A stretch of DNA of 64,000 nucleotides from positions 32,001-96,000 of the forward strand of contig JBFWLW010000007.1 of NCBI GenBank assembly GCA_050251945.1. Direction: 5' to 3'. This DNA is from Deferribacterales bacterium (GTDB lineage Bacteria; Chrysiogenota; Deferribacteres; Deferribacterales; Geovibrionaceae). A model generated the notes under the pieces. That model was not told where the DNA came from. It was given only the letters and a program-made list of their open reading frames with translations, and did no database searches. The translations under genes were made by a program, and so were the position numbers. Below are positions 41,220 through 49,681 of the stretch, one piece after another (position 1 is the first letter of the stretch; each line of letters begins with the position of its first letter).

Positions 41220-41421
41220 ACTTAGACATTTTGCGCCGTTCCGTAACGGCTATTCCGCCGATACCCCAGTTGTCGGTTTCGACCTCGTCAATGACCACAA
41301 CCGTTGTCTCAGGGTTCTTGTTCAGGACGTCCACAAGCATTTGAGTGGCGCGCTTAATAAGCTCGTCTTTCTGCTCTTTCGTCACGCCTTCTTTGGTTAT
41401 CTTAATGTTTACATACGGCAT
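41218..41421 (-). CDS. 4-oxalocrotonate tautomerase family protein
   Basis: N-terminal Pro, 67 aa, WGIGG. Confidence 0.88.
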   Translation of the reverse strand: MPYVNIKITKEGVTKEQKDELIKRATQMLVDVLNKNPETTVVVIDEVETDNWGIGGIAVTERRKMSK

Positions 41422-42563
41422 ACCGACCTCCGTCTGTTAAAATAGCATCCTGCCAATAATATCAATATCGCCGCGGCGCATAGAACCGACGCCGCCATAA
41501 GCGAGTATGAGAAATTCCCCGTCTTTTCCGCCGACCAGCCTGCCGCCGCTGGACCGATCATCTGACCCACGCTGAAAGCCACTGTGACAAGCCCTATGGC
41601 ATATGCGGTGTGCGAGCCTGCAAGTTTTTTGGCGAAGCCCACCGTAAGCGCCACAATGCCCAGAAAAGTTGCACCGTACATACCCGCCGCAAGAAACAGT
41701 GCGGGTGCGGAGCCTGACATTGCGGGCAAAGCACAGCTTATCCCCAGAAAAACGTATGCGGGGATAAGGTTTTTCATAAACCCTGTGCGTCCGGCGTTAA
41801 GTGTGAAATATACGATGCCTGGTACGGCGCATAGACCTGTTATCATCCATGCCCAGTATCCGCTGAAACCTGCGCGCCCGATGATAAGCACCAGAAACGT
41901 GCCGGAAACGATGTATGCGGTTCCCATGAGGAAATATGCGGCTGAAAGAAAATAGATGAACGGATGCATCGGCTCATCAGGTGCGGATGCCGCCTGTGCA
42001 TGCGTGTGGCTCTCTGCAGGGCGAAACCAGCATAAGGGAGCCGTGAGCACCATGCCGATGAAAAAAACGACCCAAAGCCCCTTCCAGCCCATGTACTGAC
42101 CGAAGACCAGCACTGTGAATCCTGAAATGAGGATTCCGATGCCTATCCCCGTGTAGATAAGCCCAACGAAGCGAAGCTGTCCTTTCTTGGTCAGCGCCTC
42201 GGAAACAATGACCGACATCAGCAGGAACATTCCGGCGCTTGCGAAGCCTGAAACCGTTCGCAGAACCGACCATGCATAGATATTCTGTGTGAGAGCGAAG
42301 AGACCGAGGGATAGGGCGTTTATGAAATACATCACGGCAAACCATGTGTATTTGCGTCTGACGGGTTTAACCATAAAGAAGACGGAACCTGCGAGATAGC
42401 CCAGATAGTTAAGCGAGGCGATACCGCCCGCCTGTGCAACGGTGAGCACGCCGCTTTCCGTCATTATCTGAATCATGGGGGTGTAAGCAAATCGTGCGAT
42501 GCCCATTGCCATCGCCATGGACGCTATCCCCGCTGTTATTATGCGAATAAGTTCCATATTCAA
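41409..42563 (-). CDS. YbfB/YjiJ-family MFS transporter
   Basis: MGIARFAYTP, NYLGYLAG, GQMIGP; about 12 TM. Confidence 0.85.
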   Translation of the reverse strand: MNMELIRIITAGIASMAMAMGIARFAYTPMIQIMTESGVLTVAQAGGIASLNYLGYLAGSVFFMVKPVRRKYTWFAVMYFINALSLGLFALTQNIYAWSVLRTVSGFASAGMFLLMSVIVSEALTKKGQLRFVGLIYTGIGIGILISGFTVLVFGQYMGWKGLWVVFFIGMVLTAPLCWFRPAESHTHAQAASAPDEPMHPFIYFLSAAYFLMGTAYIVSGTFLVLIIGRAGFSGYWAWMITGLCAVPGIVYFTLNAGRTGFMKNLIPAYVFLGISCALPAMSGSAPALFLAAGMYGATFLGIVALTVGFAKKLAGSHTAYAIGLVTVAFSVGQMIGPAAAGWSAEKTGNFSYSLMAASVLCAAAILILLAGCYFNRRRSVCRM

Positions 42564-42661
42564 TTATACGGGAAACTGGAAATAATGGAAGAAATTTTGA
42601 AATTGAATTTGTATGCAAAATAAAAATAATATAAACTAAATAGAAACTAGAGGGATAATGT

Positions 42662-45217
42662 ATGGGACATAAAATTTTAAGTGAATTAAAAAATAAAAAA
42701 AGAAGTGTAAATGATTTAGCTCGTTTTATCAAAACTCGTACTGATGATAATCCAAACTATAGTATTCTTTTAGGTGCAGGTTGTTCGGTTAGTTCAGGTA
42801 TCAACCCTGCCAGCAATTTAATATCAAGCTGGAGGAGTGATATTTATTTGGAATTAAGTCTGGCAAATAAATATTTTGAGGTTGATGCTATTAAATATTT
42901 GCAAGAAAATGAATCTAGTTGGTACGATAAAAGATATGAATATTCATCATTGTTTGAAAAAAAATATGATTTACCTCGCCAGCGAAGAATGTTCATTGAA
43001 TCTCAAGTTGAAGATAAAGCACCTGCTTTAGGTTATGCTTACTTAATAAGTTTAGTTGATTCAGGTTATTTTAAGACACTTTTTACAACAAATTTCGATG
43101 ATTTAATTAATGAAGCATTTTATAAGTTTTCTGACAAACGACCAATTGTTTGTGCTCATGATTCATCAGTAAATAGTATTACTGTTACATCTTCGAGACC
43201 TAAAGTTATTAAACTTCATGGTGATTATCTATTTGATGATATAAAGAGTACTGTTCGTGAAACTGAATCATTAGAAGAAAATATGAAAAATAAATTTACA
43301 GAGTTCTGTAAAGATTATGGATTGATTATTATTGGTTATAGTGGGAATGATCGTTCAATAATGGATGTATTGCAGTATTTATTGAAGCAGGATGAATATT
43401 TCAAACACGGTATATATTGGTGCTTTCGTGAAAATGACGAAATAAATGAAGATGTGCGTAAATTATTGTGGAAAGAAAAAGTTTATTATGTAGAAATTGA
43501 TGGGTTCGATGAATTAATGGCTGAATTACATAGTTTGTTAAAACCAAAAATCTTACCAATTGATACAAGTATGCTCTCTGATAAATCAACAAAAATGATA
43601 CAAGTGTTGTCTGCTAATGAACAATTGTTAGCTTCTGGTTCGAGAATAATAAAAGAAGATATTAAAAAATTAAAAGCTCTAAATGTTGATAGGGCTTTTA
43701 GTGACATTATAGCGATTTTTTCAGATAACGAATCTGAAACATCTTATAAAAGGCAAAATAAAGTTGGAAAGATGAGTGCTTTCAGATTATTTAAAATTCA
43801 AGAAAAGATTAGTAGTGGATTTTACGATGACGCATTATCAGAAATCGACAACGAATTGACAAAAGCTGGGAATGACAGACAGTTTATAAAAGAGCTGAAT
43901 GTGCAAAAAGCTAAATGTTTTAATCTTATGGGGAAGAGTGATGAAGCGATTAAATGTTATAATTCGTTGATAAGTTCTGATAAGAATGATGTTTCAAATT
44001 ACTTGTCAATTATTAACCTTAAAGATAATATTTTAGATAAGAGGGATTATATTGATAGGCTAATAGAGGTTGCTCCATACAATGCAAATGCATATGAAAT
44101 TAAGGCAACAATCGAAGATGAAATAAGAGAAGATACTTTTTTTGATACGAAACTAAATGAAGAACAGATTATCGCTCTATATGATAGAAGTTTAGAAATA
44201 GAACCCTCTTTGGACAACATTTCTTGGGAAAAGAAATATTTTATTTTAGAAAAACATGAAAATAAGAATTCTGAAAAACTTAAAGAATACATTGAGGATA
44301 TGAAAAAAAAGAATCCTTACCACATAAGTGTCATAATTTTAAATTTGAATTTATTGAAAAAGAATGAAGCAAACTTTTTTGATATTTCTGATTATGTCAA
44401 AAATGTTATCAAATATCACAAATATATAGACCAGTATTATATTTATCTAAAGTTTTCCGAACTCCTTTTGTCAATTAATAAAGAAAATGAAGTGTTTCGC
44501 ATTTTAACATATATTGAAGAGAATTTTGATTTAGATGATAGTTACTATTTACTTAACGCTAGAGCTATTTTTAATGTAAGAGGAGATATATACGATGCGG
44601 AAGTGCAATTTAAAAGAGCAATAGAATATAATAATTCTTTAAATAATAATCGAATGTTGCTAGAATTTTATTTTAATATTGATGCGCTCAAGAAAATAGA
44701 AGAGTTATTAGCATCTAACCCAAAACTATTGGATGAGGCTGTAAAGTATGATTTAGCAATGTTGAAAACTGAATACGATGAAGCAATTAAGATAGTTGAT
44801 TCGTTAATTATTAAATTTCCATACGATTTAAGTTATGTCATAAAGAAATCATACACATTATTGAAAGCAGAAAAATACAAAGAAACTGAAGAATATTTGA
44901 AGCCATATATCAATAATTCATCGATTAAAGAAATAGGTGTTTTTGTAAACTACTCCTATGCTAAAAAGAAGCAAAGTGATTCATATAATAAAAAGAGAGT
45001 TGAGATGGAAATCACTAATCACTCTGAGTATGATACTAAGGCTGCACTTTACGCATTATTAGACAGGCGAAGTGATGCAATTGACATGTTAGAAAAACTT
45101 TATTTAAATAAACCATTTACAATATGTTACAATGCATTTGATTGGGTTATATTTAAGGATTATATATCTGATAAACGATTTGTTGAGTTAAAAAATAAAC
45201 TAAAATATTTTGATTAA
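42662..45217 (+). CDS. SIR2-like (SIR2_2) domain protein with long TPR-like C-terminus; putative anti-phage protein
   Basis: LLGAGCS, TTNFDDL, KLHGD, IGYSGND; helical repeats; very AT-rich. Confidence 0.82.
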   Translation: MGHKILSELKNKKRSVNDLARFIKTRTDDNPNYSILLGAGCSVSSGINPASNLISSWRSDIYLELSLANKYFEVDAIKYLQENESSWYDKRYEYSSLFEKKYDLPRQRRMFIESQVEDKAPALGYAYLISLVDSGYFKTLFTTNFDDLINEAFYKFSDKRPIVCAHDSSVNSITVTSSRPKVIKLHGDYLFDDIKSTVRETESLEENMKNKFTEFCKDYGLIIIGYSGNDRSIMDVLQYLLKQDEYFKHGIYWCFRENDEINEDVRKLLWKEKVYYVEIDGFDELMAELHSLLKPKILPIDTSMLSDKSTKMIQVLSANEQLLASGSRIIKEDIKKLKALNVDRAFSDIIAIFSDNESETSYKRQNKVGKMSAFRLFKIQEKISSGFYDDALSEIDNELTKAGNDRQFIKELNVQKAKCFNLMGKSDEAIKCYNSLISSDKNDVSNYLSIINLKDNILDKRDYIDRLIEVAPYNANAYEIKATIEDEIREDTFFDTKLNEEQIIALYDRSLEIEPSLDNISWEKKYFILEKHENKNSEKLKEYIEDMKKKNPYHISVIILNLNLLKKNEANFFDISDYVKNVIKYHKYIDQYYIYLKFSELLLSINKENEVFRILTYIEENFDLDDSYYLLNARAIFNVRGDIYDAEVQFKRAIEYNNSLNNNRMLLEFYFNIDALKKIEELLASNPKLLDEAVKYDLAMLKTEYDEAIKIVDSLIIKFPYDLSYVIKKSYTLLKAEKYKETEEYLKPYINNSSIKEIGVFVNYSYAKKKQSDSYNKKRVEMEITNHSEYDTKAALYALLDRRSDAIDMLEKLYLNKPFTICYNAFDWVIFKDYISDKRFVELKNKLKYFD

Positions 45218-45220
45218 TTT

Positions 45221-45964
45221 CTAATACCAAAGACACCCGAAACAGCCGTTGAACTGCGGGTTTTTGATAACCTGAATTTCGCTCTCCGCCATACCGGAAA
45301 GCAGACGGATAAGTCCTCTGTTTTCCGCGACGCCGCCCGCCGCATAAAGCTTTTTGTGGCGGTATTTGCGTATCAGCGGGAACAGCCTTCTGGCGATGCT
45401 TTCGTTCACTCCCGCGCCTATCTGCTCTGTCGGTACGCCTTCGGCTATTTTGCCCACGAGTTCGCTTTCGGAGAATACTGCACAGGTGGAGTTCAGCTTA
45501 ACGGGGTTTTCTGTCATGCCCGACAGTTCATCAAGCGTGATGTCCAGTATGCGGCATGCGTTCTCAAGGAATCTTCCGGTGCTGGCGGCGCATTTGTCGT
45601 TCATAACGAAATCTTCAATATAGCCGTCTTTCACATAGATGACCTTGCTGTCCTGCCCGCCCACGTCCACAAGGATGAACTCATCCTCGCCTGTTGCGCG
45701 CAGAGCGCCCTGATAGTGTGCCTTTATCTCGGAGACCACGTTTGCGTTTGCGAAGCTCAGCATGTTCCGTCCGTATCCGGTGGCGGTTATGACAGTGTTG
45801 TCGTCCGCTCCGTATGCCGAAAGGTCGATGTTGACAGTTCCGTTTTCACGTTTTACGCGGTTTTTATAGAAAAACACCGTGTCTTCACGGTGAAATTGGA
45901 TGTTTTCATTGTCTTGTACTGCAATTTTTACGAATCTGCTGCCAAGGTCTATGCCGAGTTTCAT
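45221..45964 (-). CDS. Acyl-CoA dehydratase activase (BadF/HgdC-type ASKHA ATPase)
   Basis: GIDLGS, TGYGR, DVGGQDSK, MNDKCAASTGRFLE, TCAVF. Confidence 0.9.
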   Translation of the reverse strand: MKLGIDLGSRFVKIAVQDNENIQFHREDTVFFYKNRVKRENGTVNIDLSAYGADDNTVITATGYGRNMLSFANANVVSEIKAHYQGALRATGEDEFILVDVGGQDSKVIYVKDGYIEDFVMNDKCAASTGRFLENACRILDITLDELSGMTENPVKLNSTCAVFSESELVGKIAEGVPTEQIGAGVNESIARRLFPLIRKYRHKKLYAAGGVAENRGLIRLLSGMAESEIQVIKNPQFNGCFGCLWY

Positions 45965-46950
45965 TGTTTCCTCGCCGCGAGCATCTCAAGGAAAGATTCG
46001 ATGCGTATTTTTGTGCGCGCGTCTATGCCGCCCGGTGCGTCGCCCTCAATGGTGAGAATAGGGCATTTTATGTTCTTGCGGATGGTGATGTCCTGCATCT
46101 GGCGATAGCAGAACGACTGAACATAGTGGATGATGCCGTCCAGTCTGCGTTCCTCAACAGCTTTCTTTATATCTGCCACCCTGCCGAAAACGTCGTATGG
46201 GTAGGTGTAATCGACGTAGCGCTGAACGTAGTCCGGATCGTTAGACGGTATCGCGAACTGACGCTGGATCTCGTTGAAAACCACCCGTGCGCCTTTGGAT
46301 TCGACAAACTGGTATATGTCGGAGAATATCGTCGGAACGCCGATGAAGCCGATTCGCAGTCCTTCCTGCTCAAGAAACCTGCTTTCGGTCATTGACAGAA
46401 AATCGTCGAGGTCTTTGTCGTATGTTGAAAGGCTGGAGTTAAAATCCGTTGAGCTTACCAGCCAGAGGTGGTTCTCGAAACCGGAAACATGTCCTTCGAC
46501 TGTCATTTTGTCCAGTTTGCGCAGTTTCTCTCTCACCGGGTCAGTATATTTTGAATATTCCACTGCATCTTCCAGAGTGGTTCCGACAGATTTTGAAAAG
46601 CGTTTCATCTCTGCCTTAAGCTGATCGTATCTGCTCTCTTTTTCAAATGGATAGCTGAACGAGTGAACCTTTATGCCTGCGGATATGAAAAGTTCCGCCA
46701 GCGCGTGTGAATTGCTGCAATCCCCCTGCGTAACGGCGACAACCTCGTCAATTTCCGCCTTTTTAACGGCGGTGTAGATGCCTTTTATCCATGCGCAGAG
46801 GTTGCGCGGCAAACCTTCATCCTCGGCTTCCTCCGCCATTTTTATGGGGTCGTGGTCTGTGATGAAAACATTGTTCAGGTCAACGGGTGTTTTGCCCGCC
46901 GCCAGAACTATTTCCACCGGAATTGTTGTTGTGAATCCAACTTTCGACAT
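45961..46950 (-). CDS. 2-hydroxyacyl-CoA dehydratase (HgdB/D-component) family protein
   Basis: NLCAWIKG, GDCSN, QSFCYRQ, RIESFLEML; coupled to the activase. Confidence 0.8.
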   Translation of the reverse strand: MSKVGFTTTIPVEIVLAAGKTPVDLNNVFITDHDPIKMAEEAEDEGLPRNLCAWIKGIYTAVKKAEIDEVVAVTQGDCSNSHALAELFISAGIKVHSFSYPFEKESRYDQLKAEMKRFSKSVGTTLEDAVEYSKYTDPVREKLRKLDKMTVEGHVSGFENHLWLVSSTDFNSSLSTYDKDLDDFLSMTESRFLEQEGLRIGFIGVPTIFSDIYQFVESKGARVVFNEIQRQFAIPSNDPDYVQRYVDYTYPYDVFGRVADIKKAVEERRLDGIIHYVQSFCYRQMQDITIRKNIKCPILTIEGDAPGGIDARTKIRIESFLEMLAARKQ

Positions 46951-47252
46951 TATTTAAGACTGAAATCTATGTATCTGCGCACTTCTCTGTGCAGACCCTG
47001 TCTGTTTTTAAAGATAACCATATTCTGTTCAAAGAACCTGTCCATTTCGTTGAAGTCCACAAGGTCTATTGTGTCGCCGCTCATTCTGTCCTGAAGGCGG
47101 ATAACTTTTGTAAATTCGTTCTCTTTCATCTTTTTAGTTTTTATTTTCTGTTTTTTATTATAGATATACAGTTCGCATGCCTCGCCTTCGCAGTCAAGTT
47201 TTGCATCGTACCATGTCATATCTTCAAAAACAGCCATCCATCTTTCACTCAT
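46950..47252 (-). CDS. Hypothetical protein
   Basis: 100-aa ORF tightly packed in the operon. Confidence 0.6.
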   Translation of the reverse strand: MSERWMAVFEDMTWYDAKLDCEGEACELYIYNKKQKIKTKKMKENEFTKVIRLQDRMSGDTIDLVDFNEMDRFFEQNMVIFKNRQGLHREVRRYIDFSLK

Positions 47253-47253
47253 G

Positions 47254-47562
47254 TTATATCAGACCCTTTGCCCTTTTTATGTCTGTACGGCGCTGTTCCG
47301 AAAAGTCCTGTATGTCTTTCATAAATCTGTAGTTATAGAGATGCTGAAGGTCTTCTGCGGATTTAACGCCCATCACAAGGTCGAACAGATCGTTGTCAAA
47401 CATCTTCACCAGCATTTCAATGAAGTTTTCAAGGTCTTGTTCTGTGTAGCTTTCGGGAAGGTAATTTGTAACATAATCACGAAGGAACATCTCATTTTCC
47501 AGTATTGCGCGGCGCGCCGCCTGAAAAATAGCTTTTTTCCTGAGTGCTTCCATTCTTTCCAT
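47254..47562 (-). CDS. SdhE/Sdh5-like flavinylation factor homolog
   Basis: RKKAIFQAARRAILENEMFL…DNDLFDLVMG resembles the SdhE pattern. Confidence 0.6.
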   Translation of the reverse strand: MERMEALRKKAIFQAARRAILENEMFLRDYVTNYLPESYTEQDLENFIEMLVKMFDNDLFDLVMGVKSAEDLQHLYNYRFMKDIQDFSEQRRTDIKRAKGLI

Positions 47563-47587
47563 GTGTGTCTCCGTTTAGCAATATATA

Positions 47588-49141
47588 TCAATCAGTTTTT
47601 TCGTCAATATGAACGGGTGTAACTGTCACCGACCGGAATCTGTGGTATATAACAAAGCCGGGCGGCGTGTTCTTAGGCTTTTTTACGTTTTTTTTCTGTG
47701 TATAGTCAACGGTAACTTTAAGATTCAGTTTCGCCTTGCTCATTCCGGCGACAATTGCGGCGCACTGTTCTGCTTCATCATGTGTCATGCTGCCGCTTTT
47801 GCGGAATATAAGATGCGCCGACGGTATTTTCTGCGCGTGGAACCATATGTCGTCCGGATTTGCGAACTGGAACACCAGCCTGTGATTGCTCACCGAATTC
47901 CGCCCTATGTATGCCGTTCCACCGCATATTTCAAGCCGTATGAACTGTTTCTCTTTTATCTGTCTTTTCTGTTTCGGTTCGGATTTTTTCATTTCGAGGG
48001 CAAGCTCGCGAAGCTCGTCCTCCTTCGCCGATATCTCTATGTAGTAAAGCTGTTCCAGAGCGGAATCTATCATGTTGTCGACTTCGCCCATGCGCGATGT
48101 AAGAAGCGCCACCGAGCGCTCCAGCTTGTCCGCGCGTCTATACAGCCTGTTCACCTCTTTGTTGGCGTCAAAAAGTTCGGGTATGTCAAACGGCACCGTT
48201 TCGATGCCGTCTTCTGTGTAGTTCACAAGTTCGATTCGACCTTTTCCGCCTTTCAGAAGATGCAGATTGCTTTTCAGCAAATCAGCCTTTGTGCGCACCA
48301 TCGGAAAAGTTTCCGCCTCGGCGTATTCCTCTTTCAGCTTGTCTTTCAGCGTAAGATACTTTTCCGCCTGTTTTTCAAAAAAACGCGTCAGGCGCAGGCG
48401 GATGCTGTCGTCTTTTTTAACAGCAGGCTTGTACAGCCTGTCTTTCAGGCTGTCTATATCGGCTGTTGTGCTGTCCTCAAACGGCTTGAACGGGATTACC
48501 CGCCCCTGTGCATCAATGTGGAAAATGCCGTCTGTCAGGCTTTCGTTTATGAGCGTAGCGGTCTCCGCAAAGCTGTACCCGTTTGCAAGATACGTTTCCG
48601 CGTGCTTCACTGTAACGGGGTAAAAACCAAGAAGGTCTGCAAAATTTGCGGTGGCATATTTTTCAAGTGTGTCGCGCTTGTTGAGCCTCGGTGCGGAGTA
48701 TCTTTCGCCCACGGAAAAGCTTCTGTCGGGGTCTGCGTTGTTCTTCGCGAACAGCCAGATGATATTTCCGTTCTCGTTCACAAGTGCGGCGTTAGCCATC
48801 TTGCCTATCAGCTCGAATATCAGCCTGTGGGTCTCCATCTTTCCGCTGGGTCTGCGCTTTTCAATGTTCAGCCAGAAAAGACGGTCGTATCTTCTTCCGC
48901 CTATTTCTACAATCTTTCCGCCGGAGAGCCTGTCCAGAAAAGGATCAGGAACACCTTCCTGCACGTCTGACGTGAAGAGAGCGGGAGCGCCGCCTGTAAT
49001 GCGTACGTGCAGGCTCTTTCTGTCAGGCGCGAAAAGTCCTATGGTGAGACTGTCTTCGGTGACGTTTATCTTTGTCGCCTGAATGCCTTCGTACCGCTGC
49101 TTTATAGTATTCACCGCTTTGGTGAGTGTGAGTCCGTCCAG
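47588..49141 (-). CDS. rqcH: RqcH/FbpA (NFACT) ribosome quality-control family protein
   Basis: N-terminal (M)DG, ELIGKMAN, GRNS..N, WFHA, VDYT, VKKPK…PGFV; start is CTG 49141 or ATG 49171. Confidence 0.8.
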   Translation of the reverse strand: MDGLTLTKAVNTIKQRYEGIQATKINVTEDSLTIGLFAPDRKSLHVRITGGAPALFTSDVQEGVPDPFLDRLSGGKIVEIGGRRYDRLFWLNIEKRRPSGKMETHRLIFELIGKMANAALVNENGNIIWLFAKNNADPDRSFSVGERYSAPRLNKRDTLEKYATANFADLLGFYPVTVKHAETYLANGYSFAETATLINESLTDGIFHIDAQGRVIPFKPFEDSTTADIDSLKDRLYKPAVKKDDSIRLRLTRFFEKQAEKYLTLKDKLKEEYAEAETFPMVRTKADLLKSNLHLLKGGKGRIELVNYTEDGIETVPFDIPELFDANKEVNRLYRRADKLERSVALLTSRMGEVDNMIDSALEQLYYIEISAKEDELRELALEMKKSEPKQKRQIKEKQFIRLEICGGTAYIGRNSVSNHRLVFQFANPDDIWFHAQKIPSAHLIFRKSGSMTHDEAEQCAAIVAGMSKAKLNLKVTVDYTQKKNVKKPKNTPPGFVIYHRFRSVTVTPVHIDEKTD

Positions 49142-49236
49142 AGTCTTTCTCCTTTCATACGAAGCACACATACTACACTAATTTTTCGCATAAAACAAAT
49201 CATTGACACAGAAAAGACCGGGCTTATATTTAGACT

Positions 49237-49323
49237 TAGCAATAACCGGCAGTAAAACATAACCCTCCTCCCTCCTTAACACGGAGGAACTCAGGCTCGA
49301 CTAACCACCGAGCCTGTTTGTTT
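49237..49323 (+). ncRNA. Candidate small RNA with C-rich anti-SD motif
   Basis: TTGACA-16-TATATT upstream; CCCTCCTCCCTCC; terminator CAGGCTCG/CGAGCCTG-TTTGTTT. Confidence 0.45.
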
Positions 49324-49325
49324 AT

Positions 49326-49499
49326 AAGGCTTCCAACATGCGGCGTATTACTTCGTCAGTTTGTTGTTTCCTTGGGTCATGTACCGGTGTGTACACTCCC
49401 CTGCGGAAGCAAAAACTTCCTTGTACTACTTGCATTTTGAAAACCTTAGGCTAAGCTTGCATTTCACGTCTCTGCGGGGAGCGTGCGACGAAGCAGTCT
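49326..49499. repeat. Family B (49326-49447) plus family A (49468-49499) repeats
   Basis: Inverted ends; central CATGTAC…GTACAC; GTCTCTGCG…GAAGCAGTCT. Confidence 0.65.
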
Positions 49500-49681
49500 A
49501 ATGCCTGCCGCACTGCCGTCAGTTCCGGCAGAAGGACTATAAAATTCTTGTTCAGCTTTGCGTCTATAAACATATCCCCCTCTCTCTTTGATATTGCGCC
49601 TGTTTTCTTTTGAAACTTGATTTTTTTGGTAAAAAACATAATATTCATTTGCGTAAAAAATTATTATCAGGAGGTTTTCAT

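Noticed and set aside
47609..48970. Long antisense ORFs (453 aa here; also 54243-55328, 31502-32323, 40254-41078, 45356-46108)
   Set aside because: They are shadows of well-supported genes on the opposite strand and contain no recognisable motifs
49560..49681. CIRCE or a clear heat-shock promoter before htpG
   Set aside because: No TTAGCACTC-N9-GAGTGCTAA; only a weak TTGAAA…CATAAT match, insufficient to call
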